Assembly: GCA_949358305.1 (NCBI GenBank) | Contig: OX442314.1 | Coordinates: 25,420,001-25,484,000 of the forward strand | Source of the DNA: Strigamia acuminata | Lineage: Eukaryota | Length of the DNA stretch: 64,000 nt | Direction of reading: 5' to 3' | Shown: piece by piece, positions 39,031-53,020 of the stretch | How the letters are laid out: each line of letters opens with the position of its first letter | Numbering within the stretch: position 1 is the first letter of the stretch | The notes under the pieces: model-generated | What the model saw: only the letters and a program-made list of their open reading frames with translations | Told to the model about the DNA's origin: nothing | Database searches by the model: none | Translations under genes and position numbers: made by a program

Positions 39031-40844
39031 CTCGGTAAAATCCTACACGATTAAACCAAAATTAATTTTTTCAACTCCAAAAACTAAACAACAAATTTAT
39101 TTCCACCAAATTAAATTATTTTTTACTGTTACCATTTACCAAACCTGAAAAGCCGATTGCGAAAAACACCACCATGCATCCAGCCCGAAACCTGAATAAT
39201 CAAAACAGACTTGAAGTAGGCCTGATAAGCAGGAAATAGGTGATAAAAACCCATCTACACATACATAATTCCATCCAACCATAGACCTAAAAGACAGGGG
39301 TCTTCAACCTTGCCATCAAACTTGCGATGTAAAAGACTTGTCCTCCAACTGAATAGACTCAAACTCCAAGTCCGAGCTCAAACGCTTGTGTGTGGGACAG
39401 GACTTCAAAACGACAAGAGAACTGCACACCGTAACTCAAACACCCCACACATAAACTACACGGGGGCCGCTCCGCTCTCCGTCCATTCAACGTCCGGGGG
39501 GACGTTTGCTGACGTTTATTTCGCAGCAGCTCCTTTTTATCGCCCCCCCTTCCCCCCCATCCTCATTTTTCCCCACCCCGCGCGCAAAAATGAAAGACTG
39601 ATTTGTTACTGGTATACCCATCTTGAGAATCCACAAAACCCCAATTAATAACGAAAAAGCGGTCGCACAAAAGGCACAACGGTCTCCGGCCAAGGGAGGG
39701 AGCGAAACCGGAGCTGGTCCCCGTAAGTCGCCGAGGGCACCCGCCTGGGGGCCCGGCGATTGACGCTCTCGCATCGAGTTATGTTCGCGACTGTCAACGT
39801 CCTTCAATGGGTGATGTACTGCCGGACGGTTATAATAGTTCGAGGTGGTGGCAGAAGTGCAAGTAGCTGCAGCGAGCGCTCGCTCTCCTCTCTCCTGTTG
39901 GTGGAGGAAAGGAAGGAGAGGAGAATATTCCCCACCGACCTGATCTATGTTCCCTTTTCTAGACTGGTCGAGCGAATGGGCCTCTTTGTCAAAGCACGGG
40001 AGTCCCCATGCAAACAATGGCGCAGGAGGAGGTTGGAGAAGGGAGAAGGAACTGTTCTTCGACTACTGCATCTACTATAACTTTCTTCTCTCCCCTCGGA
40101 TTTTTTTTCTTCTGCTTCGTCTTCTTTTTCTTTTTCTTTTTTCTTTTTTTTTTTTTTTTTTTTTCATATTCCTCGCTTGAGAATAGTTCTAAGACTTGCC
40201 ACTGCAGTGCTTGGTTGCAAGTGAGAAATCTTCTGGTGGCACGTGCAAAGCTCGTGACAACCATTGTGTCCCCTCGATCGGATGGGGAAAAAATTTAGAT
40301 GCACTGTTTGAGTTATGGTGCATTGAGAAGCTTTTATTGTGTGTAAGAAATTGTCAAATGGATGTGAAGTATTGTCGGGTATTGATTGATGTTGTTTAAT
40401 GAAATGTGCGTTCAAATGCTTGCAAGTGTGCAAAGAATTTTTTTTTTCAAATAGCTTAGGACAAAACTCGTCATTTTCATACACTTTGTCTAAACAAATT
40501 GATTGAGACGCAATTATTATTGGTAGAACATTGGATTTGTAATATATTACATATTACCGGTGTGGAAAACTACCAATGGAATTAATATTAGATTTTTAAA
40601 TGCCAAAAACGTTATTTCTGTATTTAGTCGAAATTCATATCTTCTGGCCCCAAATTTCTGGAAAAAAAAGAATCGGCTCAGACTCCATGTAGCAGAGATG
40701 ATCGATTTAACATTGCATCTATGCAAATGCGATATTAAACATCGCATCTGTCTAGATGTGATGTTTAATCCAATAGAATCATGAACTAAAACGCTCTTAA
40801 TATCAATGGCTGTTTTGAAGAATCAATGCTGTACCAACAAAGTA

Positions 40845-41114
40845 CCGTGTTTTACCGATTAAGAGTCGCCCTCAAATTGTAGTCGCCCTCGAATAGTAGC
40901 CAAGGCTGACACACCAAGAATACTGTATTTTTGCAAAAGTACTGTATTGTTTCTGTATTTAACCTCACGAACGATGAACGTACGCTTCATTCGTGACGTT
41001 CAGACTTCGTTTGTTACATTAAACAAATGTAAGAAATGAAAAAGCGAAATTATAATTGCTGACAAAAATGGCAGTTTTGAATAAGAGCCGCGGCTCTTAA
41101 TCGATAAAATACGA
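40845..41114. mobile_element. pogo-type MITE
   Basis: TA|CCGTGTTTTACCGATTAAGAGTCGC ... GCGGCTCTTAATCGATAAAATACGA|TA, a 21/25 TIR match. Confidence 0.8.
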
Positions 41115-41306
41115 TATTTATAAATTCTTGCAGTGCTTGATGGGCTTCACGCAGCTGCATGGAGCCCCCAAATGCTGATAAACATTTTAAAAATTCCCAA
41201 AAAATACTGAAACAATTGCTTTTGCACTTTAATTTTACAATTAGGGCCATAAAAGCTCCAAAAAAGGCCCCACAAGTAATAAATCACTACTGATCACATT
41301 CATGTA

Positions 41307-41559
41307 CAGTAGAGCATCAAGTATGCGAACGACCGATTACCCAAACAGTAGTTTTTCGATTTTTTATTTTCGTATACAATACACTGTATGTACTGTATAA
41401 TATACTGTATATACTGTATAATATACTGTATATACTGTATAATATACTGTATATACTGTATAATATACTGTATATACATAGAGCTAATGTCCGATTATGC
41501 GAACAAATCGGTTTTATTACCATGTCCCCCGATCAGTTCGGATAATCGCCACTCTACTG
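41307..41559. mobile_element. Tigger/pogo-like MITE with an internal 21-bp array
   Basis: TA|CAGTAGAG ... CTCTACTG|TA. The 3' end is shared with 52099-52465 and 56310-56379. Array unit TAATATACTGTATATACTGTA, about 4 copies. Confidence 0.85.
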
Positions 41560-42691
41560 TATTCTTAATTGCCCAGCAACTATTATTCCACAACCCCATC
41601 GTTGTCCTCGTTACAGTAAAGTAGCAACACACTATCATCACCACTATAGCAATAAAAAAGTATTTCATTACTAAAGCTGCTATTTAATCAGTCTACAACG
41701 CTTTACTATCGAGAATATTGAGTTCATGAACGTCATCCACTTTAATTCCATTGTTTTTGAAGAATTTGATACTTTGGCTCCCGGGATGAGCCCGCAATAG
41801 GTCCGCAATAAGTCCGCAAAATGGCGGTTTTTAAAGCCGCTTTCCATCCGCAATTTCATTGTTTCAAGTCCGCAAAAATAGCAGCTTTATTCATTACTAC
41901 CATTACTTAATTTTAATAAGATTTAAATTAAAGTTACCATTTTCCAGCTATTAAAAGTTCTCCTTGGTGGTCATTCAATAGACAAGTGTACGACATTGTC
42001 TCATATTCATCATCAGTCAGTAAAAGAAAAGTGCCAACTATTATTCCAGTCTATCACGCCAAAGTGAGACACGTTTAAATCATTTTGACATGTGTGACAG
42101 AATCACATTGCTCACCTTGTCATATAAAAAAAGAAGGGAAAAAAGAGAGGGAGGGTAAAAAAGGAAGAAGAATAGAATAGAATAGAAATGCCATTCTTCA
42201 CTAAACTATTGTCTACTAAACAAACCCGAAACCCCCATAATTTCCCACTAACTGCTCTATTTGAAAACTCAAACTTGTAAACAAAGAGATTTCGGCTTTG
42301 GGGGCTAAGGGAGATGTAGTCAGGCATAAACTGAATGCTTTAATCTGGATATCAATCTGTCATTGCATCTGAAGGTAGAAAATACCAATTAGCTGCAGAA
42401 AGCAATTCGTAATTGGTGTGTAATTGTTACTGTCGTTTTTAATCGATTATTTCGCAGATAACATATATCGGTAGTATTGTAAGCAGTCACATAAATTTTT
42501 TGATTGATTAATCACTGTCAAAGGTGGTATAAATCGGTGGTTTCATTTAAGATTATCGATCAATGAATTTTTTACTAAGCGTCTGGATGCAAAATCTTTA
42601 CGTGTTAAATTTTAGATTTCGATTGGTTAAAAAATGTAAACAAGTTTAAATGACTTTATATGAATGCACCAACTGAAATTTAGCAACAATC

Positions 42692-43300
42692 TATTTTCAC
42701 TGAAAATCATCAACACTTAAAAATGTTTTTCACTGAAAATCATCAATTATCAACGATCTACCGATATTTTCACTAAAAATCATCATCAATTATCAACGAT
42801 CTATCGATATTTTCACTGAAAATCATCAACACTTTATAATATTTTTCACTGAAAAGCATCAACGATTTATCGATATTTTCAATAAAAAGCGTCAAATACC
42901 AACGATTCATCGATATTTTCACTAAAAATAATCAATTATCAACGATTTTTTTGATATTTTCATTAAAATTTATCAACAAATTATCGATATTTTCATTAAA
43001 ATTTATCAACAAATCATCGATATTTTCATTAAAATTTATCAACAAATCATCGATATTTTCATTAAAATTTATCAACAAATCATCAATATTTTCATTAAAA
43101 TTAATCAACAAATGTCGATATTTTCATTAAAATTTATCTACAAATATGTCGATATTTTCATTAAAATTTATCAACAAATATGTCGATATTTTCATTAAAA
43201 TTTATCAACAAATATGTCGATATTTTCATTAAAATTTATCAACAAATATGTCGATATTTTCATTAAAATTTATCAACAAATATGTCGATATTAATACAAT
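42692..43300. repeat. 33-34-bp minisatellite with a polarised variant gradient
   Basis: Unit CATTAAAATTTATCAACAAAT(CA/ATG)TCGATATTTT, degenerate on the left and homogeneous on the right. Confidence 0.92.
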
Positions 43301-43807
43301 TATCGATAGTTCAAAAAATTGTACAAGAATTACTGGTAATCACTTTCAAAAAAAAATCCTAAATATGATAATATTAGCAATCCTTAGAAACCGTGGACGG
43401 GCAGCAAACCAAACCCTTTTAAACACCGAGCGAACAGACGCATCTCATAAGTACAAGGCATACAGATGCTCAATAGTGTCATGCACAGAAAAATCGTTTT
43501 CAAACCAACCAACAGGTAGTGTTCTCCTTGCCCACTAGCATCATGTCGAGTGGATTTACCTGTTGGCTGAGAAAAGTTTCTGGCCAGATAAAGCCCCTAC
43601 CTGCTCAACGGTTCCACCCACCTATCGTTACCATCACCCAATTTCAATGCCTCACTTTACCCTTCACCACCAGGTTTCCTTCAGAAAGGAATCGCCAACA
43701 AAAGAACGTGTGCTACGGCAGCACGAGAGAGTAGTCGGGGCAAGCAAAGGGAGGGATGGAGGGATGGAGGGATTGCTTCCATCTGACAATACCCACCGAG
43801 GCATCAC

Positions 43808-43847
43808 GCCTCTGCCTCTGCCTCTGCCTCTACCTCTGCCTCTGCCT
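43808..43847. repeat. (CCTCTG)n microsatellite
   Basis: Direct reading. Produces the LPLPLP / LCLCLC ORFs. Confidence 0.9.
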
Positions 43848-45089
43848 TCACCCTTACCCCTCCCTTACATCTCCCATCTCCCTCTTTCACGTGGCCTATG
43901 CAGCCTATGCAGGCCTACCCACAATGCAACTGTCAAGCAACTCCTGGTTCATCAGGGAAGCTAAGACAAATACGGGTTCTCGCAAACACCCATACAAATC
44001 CTTTCGGCTAAGGTTGTCATGCGCCGATGAATGCATCAAAGATGCAACTTCACTCGAGCGCCTTCCGCGTTAACCGCCGACCCAATAGACCATATAAATG
44101 TGCAAAAGCCACAGGAGATAAAACACCGGCAACCGCCAGTGTACGTGCATTGTCTAATGTCTAAGCATGCTTTTCACAGCTTTAAAGCTCACTCCATCCC
44201 AAACGCTTCACGTTTCTTGACTTCTCTCCAATCACATATCATCTTTACTTGCTAGACTTCAGAAGCTAACTGCATTACGTCATAATTTTCCAATAGTCTA
44301 TTAAGAACATTAATTTTAGCTGGGGCTTCGCACTCTTCCAATGCATTATAAAGCTTTGATAGTAAACAACCCATGCAATAAAAAGCTCATTGCTGAGTTT
44401 CAGGTCACTGAATTTATTCAACAACTTCAACCACAATCTAGACAAAAATGTCTTGTTTTAGTTTATATACACAGCTTTGGATTTATTCTGTCAAGAAGAA
44501 ATTTACCTACAGGTCTTGCAGACAAATATGCTAACAGCAAAGAATGAAGTACGGATATTCCCACCAAAGACCAAAAGCTATTATCCAGTTATTAAATAAA
44601 ATTCAGCCTTTCTGTCTGATATAAACGTTTTTAGACCATTACTGTGGCTGGAATCTGTACACAAATAGCAAAAACAATTACAGATAATGACGTTATTCAC
44701 TTGTGTGAACATACTTGCATCTACTTCCTCATTGTATACTTTACTTTACAACTCCTTGCCAAAAAAATGTCATATTCCTATTTTTGAAACTTTTAATATT
44801 TGAAATTTCTCAGAAACTATTTCTCATAAATAAAAATGGTTTTAGGAGGATTTAAAGGATTGTTAGAGCTAGCATTTCATTAAAAGTTTTTTGAAAAAAA
44901 ATGAATAGTTGAAGAGAAAAAAATTAAAAACTCCAAAAAGTGACTATTTACAATATTTCTCATAACTTGTGAACAGAATGAGATAAAATTAAAAACTAAA
45001 CAGATTTGAGACCGTCTATATCCCAGGAAACTTTTCTAAATTGGATGTATGGGTCTCCAAAGCGCTTAAAAAAAGGCGTAATGGAGCTA

Positions 45090-45278
45090 TGTAAAGAGGT
45101 AGACAAAAACTATTTTTCGAAAAATCATGGCGAGCATAACTGTTGACGAATCGAAACGAAACTTTAGTATTGAAGCATTATTGTGTCGTACTGTAACATG
45201 TTATAGTTATGACTTGATTCGTCAACAGTTGTGCTCGCCACGATTTTTCGAAAAATAGTTGTTGTCTACCCCTTTACA
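45090..45278. mobile_element. 189-bp hairpin MITE (possibly Kolobok-like)
   Basis: 63-bp inverted arms (45090-45152 / 45216-45278) with 4 mismatches. Ends are TAAAG...CTTTA. Superfamily is uncertain. Confidence 0.85.
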
Positions 45279-47224
45279 AATCAATCATTCCGCTTGATAA
45301 TACTGATACACTGATCACGACCGGCATCCAACTACAGTATGTATTAATAAATGAGAATATGATATCCAACAATTACAGTTGTATTTTCCCACCTCAAAAC
45401 CCATCAAAAAGCCAATCCTGCTTCACACAACAACCAATACCAACCCAAACCTACAAAATAACATCATAGACACACAGAAAAATTCCCACAGCCTACTAGT
45501 GCCCTAGGATCAAACCTTAACCTTGAGCACTAGGTTCTCATCAGTAGACTAGATGGCAAAACAGGGTGTGCGCACTAGTTTTGAGACAAGTCCCAACTTT
45601 TATGACATCAAGTAAAAATTTTTCCCTGTCTAAATGTAAGCAGGGGACTTGTCTGCCTAGCAATTTTTTCCCCTCCATCAAGTAGGGTGGGCTGTATAGC
45701 AGACACTTGTCCCTGTGTGAACCTCTTCTCAGGCCAGCACTGTCTTGGTGTGTTCTAAGGGGTCTGGGATAGGCTAGACTTTAAAAGTGGACGGAATACT
45801 GTCCCATCAAGAGGGCGACAACACATATATAGATGAAAGGGTATGAACCAAGGCCCACACACCAACTGTGAAATACTATCCCATCTTGACTGGATAGGAT
45901 TGACTTTTGCAGCACACCCTTGCATTTTTTTTTCATCACTTGCAGCGAGCTACTAAATTAAGTGAATATGATATCCAATCTCACCCTACCTACAGTCTAA
46001 GAAGTTCATTTTTAAAGGGTGTCTGCAGTCAAAGAGTGAATCTGATACTATTACCTTTGACTAGAGCCAATCCCTTGACAGGTTCCACTAACACACCCCA
46101 CAATTTTCCTCCAAAAAAAAGTTTCTTCCAGCATTAGATAGGTCTAATTTAAAGAGCAGGAAGTCTATTCCGAAGTCAATGTAACTTAAAACCATTCTCA
46201 CAAAATTCTGCACCCTCTTCAAAAAGCAGAGCACAAAATATATGCAACAAGATTAAATGGAGAGGAAATTGTACAATGACCTGAAACAAGTTAAACATTA
46301 TAGAATTAGTCACTATTGACGGTTTCTAAGAGCCGCTTATGAATGAACGCATCAATTTGACAACCAAATGTGTCAAAAAAGAAATGACAATAGTCGCTTA
46401 AGTCACTTCTCTGAGGAAGACAAGAAGTCAATTGGTGCCTTACATACAAGTCACTTCTAACATTTTTGTCACTTATCTTCCAAAAATTGAAAGCAAATAT
46501 TGTGAATGAGACCTACTACGACTACATTTCAAAAGTTTAGCAAGTTGGTAAAAAACAGGGTCACGATTAGTTCAAAGGTAAAAAATAAATGAAAATTATT
46601 AAAGACCAACATGTCATCTAACATTCCCATCTTTTATTTTAATTTAATTTTTTTCTATTAATCATACTCATTGACCAATTCATATTCACTTTACAAATTC
46701 CAATTCATTGTCAGTGCCAGATTAAACCCTGTGGAGAACCCTAGGCAAACAAAATCTCCAGGCCACCTTGCAAATTAATGAATTAAGCTTTTCTCCTAAT
46801 ACTTTTTTCATTTTACCACCACAAAAATTAACTATCATTAATATTATTAAACAAATTAAAATTGGCATGAGACCCATTTGTTTATCCGACAACTGTTCGT
46901 TGGGCGATGTATGCAAATTCCAATATTCTGCTCTTGGTATCCTAATGCCGACATCAAACCAAAAAAATCCCTCTCTGAGTACACATAAACATTTTAATAC
47001 GGATAAAATCTCTCAGGTCGGAGATACACAATCACCCTTCACCATTAAGAAACGAAATAATTACGTCTATTTTCGCAGAGCATCCAAATAATTTTAATGA
47101 ATGAACAATATAGTTCTTTAATAACAGTGTAATAGGACTAAGTATTTGTTTGATCATAAGACATACTTTTTCCCCATATAAACATCTATAAAAACAAAGT
47201 GCATCTTACAATCAACGTATCTTA

Positions 47225-47853
47225 AGCTTAGTACTCATAAGATCATCTGCTAACAGAAGTTTATGCCCACAGACTTTTCTGTGTGAATAGACTTGACAGA
47301 AAAGCCTATCAGAATCATCTGGTAGCAGAACATGTGCCAGTCTGTCACACCAGACGTTTTGTGGTATTCACAGCTCTATGCAACAGAAAAGAAATGTTGA
47401 ATGGCCATCAAAAATAAACAAAATGAATGCCAATAAAAATTTTTAAAGCTACCTTTGGCATTAGGATGAATAAGTTTGCTAGTTTGTTTATAATTTATAA
47501 TTTTATTTATTAACTAATAATCTATTTTTATAAATAGAATATACAGTTGTTTGCATTTGTTGGCAGAACTGATTGCTGCCGTATTTGAGACCGGATAAAA
47601 AAAATTACGATCGGTCACAAATTGTCAAGACCGATCGCTACTTTCTGTGCCACAGAAGTTTCTGTGCCTGGAAACAAAGATCAGCTTTCCGTTGCATCGA
47701 CATGCCAGAAAGTTAATTTTTTATGTCACCGAACATATCTCACAGACATTCCAAGACTGGGATGAAATTTGTGAGTACCAAGTTTTTCTGTAGACAAAAT
47801 TTCTGTTGGCAGCTTGGTTTCCTACATAGGAAACTGCTTACGAGTACTAAGCT
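47225..47853. mobile_element. PIF/Harbinger-like MITE nested in a pogo-type MITE (about 47141-47890)
   Basis: TTA|AGCTTAGTACTCATAAG ... CTTACGAGTACTAAGCT|TTA with an exact 3-bp TTA TSD. Removing it rejoins ...CGTATCTTACAATCGATGACGTCTTCAAATCGAAGAAACACGG, a pogo-type end. Confidence 0.85.
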
Positions 47854-48303
47854 TTACAATCGATGACGTCTTCAAATCGAAGAAACACGGCATTCACTTG
47901 TGTGAAATAAGCAATTTGAGACTTCCACGTATTCGTGTTTTCATGTTTGAATTTGGCATCAAGATACCAGGCGCAATCTCTCATCCAGTACTGCAACCAA
48001 CAATGGTAAACAAGAGTTGGATGAGATCAGAAAGTAACTCTGAAAAAACCCCAAAAAAAAAATCTAAATTCCTTCTTTGCAATAGGCCAAAAATGACACA
48101 TTGTAATTCTTTTTCACCGCTATACATTACAACTTATTTCCCATGTCTATCTTGACACAACAGATGTTCTTCAGAATTCATAACTTCCCATAATGCAAAT
48201 GTTTATTTTTAAAATCGCTCCAGCATCACGAGGCACTTAAAGAAACTGCAACACAAGAGCTCGCAGACTGATCCGCACTCCACAACAAATTTATTGCAAT
48301 AAC

Positions 48304-48334
<31 letters not shown>

Positions 48335-49322
48335 AAATCCAAGATGAGACTTTCTCAGGTCAGACTATCATGTTCCATCTCTTCCGTCCATAAATCAAAC
48401 CCCAAACCATGTGCCGAAATATTATCTCAAAAATGTTAATGCTAATCAACCAAAGATGGTTGCGATTAACTTGCCCTTCACTAATTGTGGATTGTCTTTG
48501 ACGGAGCCCTGAACGTTCCAAGACAACAAATAGGAAACGACTGCAACGAATATTTATTGCCAACTCCACCCTTATTCCCATCTAGCATTTCAGTCGCATC
48601 TCTCATGCAGTTCTTCAAACAAGACAAGTCCCGATCGAACACGAAGATTAGCCAAAAGAATGGCCAAAAACACTCCTGATATCACTACAAACTAACAATC
48701 AAACCGCACGAAACAATAAAAATGCTGACATTTGATTGCATAGCTTTACACCGAGGTATTATTGAATGGCCATCACTTGTTGGTCACTCAGCTCAAATAG
48801 ACAATTGTCTGGTTAGAAGATGGTTTTTCGGATCCCTCCACCACCTCACTCACCTCACCCTTTTACATCTTGAACCTCTTTCAATCAGTTTGAAAGAAAA
48901 CCTGTTTGAGAAGCAAGAGAAGCCTCATTGCCACTTTCATATCTCCCAATACTCCCCCCTTTTGCTTAATACCAAAATCATTCCCCGTCACTAAGGAAGA
49001 GTCATCAAAGTAAAATATTACCTACTAAATACTGTTCACAAGCACACTCTAGTCACTGCATCAAAACGAATATAGTAAAAAGGGGGCTGGAGTGGGGATA
49101 AGTCCCTCGCGAGGTTGTAAGTTAGCTCGGGAGAAATGAGAGAAAGAAAAAAAGGGTCACGTGATCCAGTAGCTTTGACCTTTCTTGCCTTATCTCTCAG
49201 CTACACCTATTTCTATCCCCACCAAATAGTCTATGTACTTCCAGTTAAGGTGATTTAGGTGTTTGAATTTGAAAATAAATAAGAAAAACACACTTTTAGC
49301 AATAACGGTCGAAAGTGACGAT

Positions 49323-49460
49323 AGCCGCATTCAAAAACTAAAATAGTTTGTGTTTTACTTCAATTTTAAACCAAAAATGACATCATTTCCTGTTTAAACC
49401 CATGTTAAAACTTAAAATACACTTAAACTAAAATTGTTATTTTTATTTTTGAATGCAGCT
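49323..49460 (+). mobile_element. 138-bp MITE (GCATTC-type TIR)
   Basis: TIR AGCCGCATTCAAAAA / TTTTTGAATGCAGCT. A second copy lies at 36955-37069. Confidence 0.85.
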
Positions 49461-50785
49461 ACTACAGTAGATGCGTTCAAATTGGTTGTTGGTTTAAATG
49501 AATTATTATTCAACTGCTAAATATAAAAAAAGGCCCGTTAATGATCGTCTTAAATGAAACCACGAATCTGACAGACAATTTTATGTTGTATTTTAAAATA
49601 TAAAAAAAAAAATTAAATTGCTATAATCACTTTGATCCATTTAACTTGTAATGCCCCCTTCATTTTTCCAACTAAATTATTTATTACTTTTTTTTGTTTT
49701 TTGTAAAAAAAAAGAAGAAGATATTTTACAATACAATTTTAGAGGAAATAACCTCCATCCACAACCAAACAATTAATTTCTCCTCACCACACAAAGCTCA
49801 TTACTCCAATATTCTAATTTCCACAAACAACTTGAAAAATATCCATCTCTTCAGTCCTTCAAACAAACAAACACTAATAAGCACAGTGACACACTCTCAA
49901 GGCGCAGAAAACTGGAACCTTCACACAACTTGACAAAGTATATTTTTAGACAACGAGTCTGACATCAACATAAGAGTTAAGCTTTGTGTATTACAAGACA
50001 GGACAAAAACCTCTTCAATACTTGAGAAAGAGAAAGAGAGAAGGAGAGAAGGGCGGTTGGCAAGGGTGGAGGGTGGAGATCCTACCGTGTCACGGAATAA
50101 TATTATTGTATCCCAAATCTTTGGGCGTGAAGAAAGAAAAAAAAAGGGGAGAACAAAATGTCAAAGCCGTGTAACTCCAAAACCCGCCAGAAATAAAAGG
50201 GCAGAAAGAGGCGTGCTACAAGTCGCGCATAAAACCCCTATAAACACACAATGATATGGAAATCACTGTGATGAGCTGTCATATCCCCCCCAACCTCCCA
50301 CTCCATTCCTCTCCCATCAACGCCACACCACGTGTAATTAGCCTCGACTTGTTGCTACGATTTCAGGCAGAAGTGACTTGGCCTTGCCCGCCTTGCCCGC
50401 CTAGCCTTGTGTTTTCATCCTCGTTTCCCCCCTTAGCCCTTACTATGGGTGCCACTCCCACACACACACCCGAGTCAAACCACCGACTGCCCCGGGCCTC
50501 TAGACTTGTGGGTAAACGTGGCTAGGAGAGAGGGCGGAACCCAATCGGCACAATTCATCCCTCGTCTTCCGTAAAGGAATGCAGTCTACTGGTCACTCTA
50601 TGCCCCACTGACCATACGCTCCATTTCCAGTTTCGAACAAAATGTCCCCCTGTCTAGACAAAATTGCACACATCCAACGGGAGAATAAACACCAATATTT
50701 GTGCTGAAAATATTTACACGCGACAATAAATACTCCAATTACAGCCCCGGCGCTTAATTGTTTCCTCAGCCAATTTTTTTAATAT

Positions 50786-50960
50786 CGTATTTCTGCTTTC
50801 CATTTTGCGCATCGTTTTCAGGTACGTTGTTTCAGAAATTTTCTGTTCAATTTTTTTTTATAATTTCCGTCCATTTTACGTGAAGAATTTTTATTGATGC
50901 ATAACCAAGGAACTGGATTAAGATTGGATTTTGAGTTGATGGTTTGATTTTAGTTAATAT
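50786..50960 (+). repeat. Dispersed repeat, copy 1
   Basis: Direct repeat of 57926-58105. The last approximately 75 bp (GAAGAATTTT...TTAGTTAATAT) are nearly identical. Confidence 0.85.
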
Positions 50961-51855
50961 AAACATTTCTCCAACTGGGGTCCATCTTGATCGATAAAAT
51001 ACGGTATACATTTTATTCCTGTGGGCATTGAGTAAATAAGTAAATAAGTCGATTCATTTGTCCAGAAAACATTGAAAAAATTATTGAGTCCGCTGTACTT
51101 TAATTTATACGTTTTAAAATCAATTACAATTATAATTTAAATGGGTGGAGTTTTAATTGTTCTTGTTACAACACCATCCCCCTTTTTTATTATTATTATT
51201 TCTAATTTATTAATTTAATTTTTAATTTTTTTTTAGGTTTTGCTTTTAATCAACAGTCTCAGAAGATGAAAAAAAAATCAATTTCAATTTAAATCCCATT
51301 TGAGTTGGCTTTGCCCTCGCATTTACAGGTTATCTTAATATTTGATTTGTTATTTAAAGATGATGAGGTAAAAAATGATCAGTAGGTACGATCAAGGTCA
51401 AATACGAGAAATAATAATTTATGAATTACTGGTCACTCGTTATTACTGCAATAAAAAAAATTAATTTCAATTCGATTGCCACTGATACTACTAAGCACCG
51501 GCCATCCCGTAGCAAACTAATTATCTGACGTATAATGGCGAGCAATAGATCTCTGCTTCTTGTTTACCCTATAATTAACTTTCAAAATAATGTCCTGAGT
51601 GATTAAAACAATAAGACAAAAAGTATGATATACTTTATTAATAAATCTCATTCTTGGCGATTTGTTCTGGTTTCTTTCACCTTGAGCTTCGAGTGTTTAG
51701 CACATTAACCGGTTGTAAAGCGCGTGCTGGATATTAAAATATGTAATAAGAGAATGCTAAGTTTCCACATTCTGCTAGATCACTGGTAACATTCAGGCAT
51801 AGAATTCGATCAAAGCGAAAACCCGATTTAAGTTTTTGTTTTTGCCGTTTTTACG

Positions 51856-51979
51856 AGCTGCATTCGAAAAGTCCGTTCAAATTGCAGCTAAACATGTTTT
51901 GCTACATGTTTGCCCACTATACGACTGAAAGCAGACTAAATCAAAGCTATTTAGTCTAAATGACTTTTCCAATGCAGCT
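51856..51979. mobile_element. 124-bp MITE (GCATTC-type TIR)
   Basis: AGCTGCATTCGAAAAGTC / GACTTTTCCAATGCAGCT (1 mismatch in 18). Confidence 0.75.
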
Positions 51980-52098
51980 ACTGTTGCTGTTAACAAGATG
52001 AGACACCCAAAACATCCAATAATTGTCAACGAAAAATACAAAAACAGAAACTCGCATCAAACGTGCGATTTACGCATTTCTGCACTTATTTTACGATA

Positions 52099-52465
52099 CA
52101 GTAAAGCCTCGTTTATCGGAACACCGGTTATACGAACGATGAGTTATCCGAACAGCAGGAAGCGATTTTTTTTATCAGTTTTTAATGTATTTTTTGACGA
52201 TTTTCACCTATTTTGAATGTATTTTTTGACGATTTTCACCTATTTTTAATGATTTTTGACGAATTTTACCTATTTAAATTGGTTTTTAATGTTTTTTGAA
52301 CGATTTTTATCCATTTTTGGTCGGTTTTAATACTTTTTAAGTATATTTTAATGATTTTTATTTTCATATGCAGTATGTGTAAAAACCTAATGTTCGATTA
52401 TCCGAACAATTCGATTTTATGAACACGCATGTCCCCAATTAGTTCGGATAACCGAGGCTCTACTG
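52099..52465. mobile_element. Tigger/pogo-like MITE with an internal approximately 32-bp repeat
   Basis: TA|CAGTAAAGCCTCGTTTATCGGAAC ... GTTCGGATAACCGAGGCTCTACTG|TA (21/24). Confidence 0.88.
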
Positions 52466-52986
52466 TACATAAATGCAAATCATATATTTTATGACCGCGA
52501 ATGTAAGATACCACTTCATTTCACTTAAATAAATTCTTTTATTTGCTTAATTTTATATTTTTTACTGCCAAAAATGGAATTATTGACGCAAATTGTATGC
52601 GCATAAAACGAATTTTATTTTGCATAAACATCCAGCCTACAGTTACAATTCTCCCCGTTCTAGCACCCTGTTCACTGTTCAATTTTTCCATTCACTCTTA
52701 TTCCTCTTCGTCCTAAAGTGACTGAAACTTTTCACTTTTGGCTTTCCACATTGAATTTAATTAGATCTGTCAAACTATTTTCCACATACCTTTAGACAAA
52801 CACTTTCCTAACTCATTTTTATCCACATCTAACCTGGAGCAAAGATGAGACCAGAGGCCTTTATATTAGACTTACCTGTTAAGAAGGCGTGTTCTTAGCA
52901 CCAACAATTACAGCTGCCTATAATTGGATATAAATACTTCAACATCAGAAACTTCCAAGACTTGCGCTAATTGCAATTCCAAGAAA

Positions 52987-53020
<34 letters not shown>

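Noticed and set aside
39310..40298. Cluster of 77-176 aa ORFs in a GC-rich island
   Set aside because: Open on both strands with no domain or splice support. Better explained as non-coding regulatory DNA plus low complexity.
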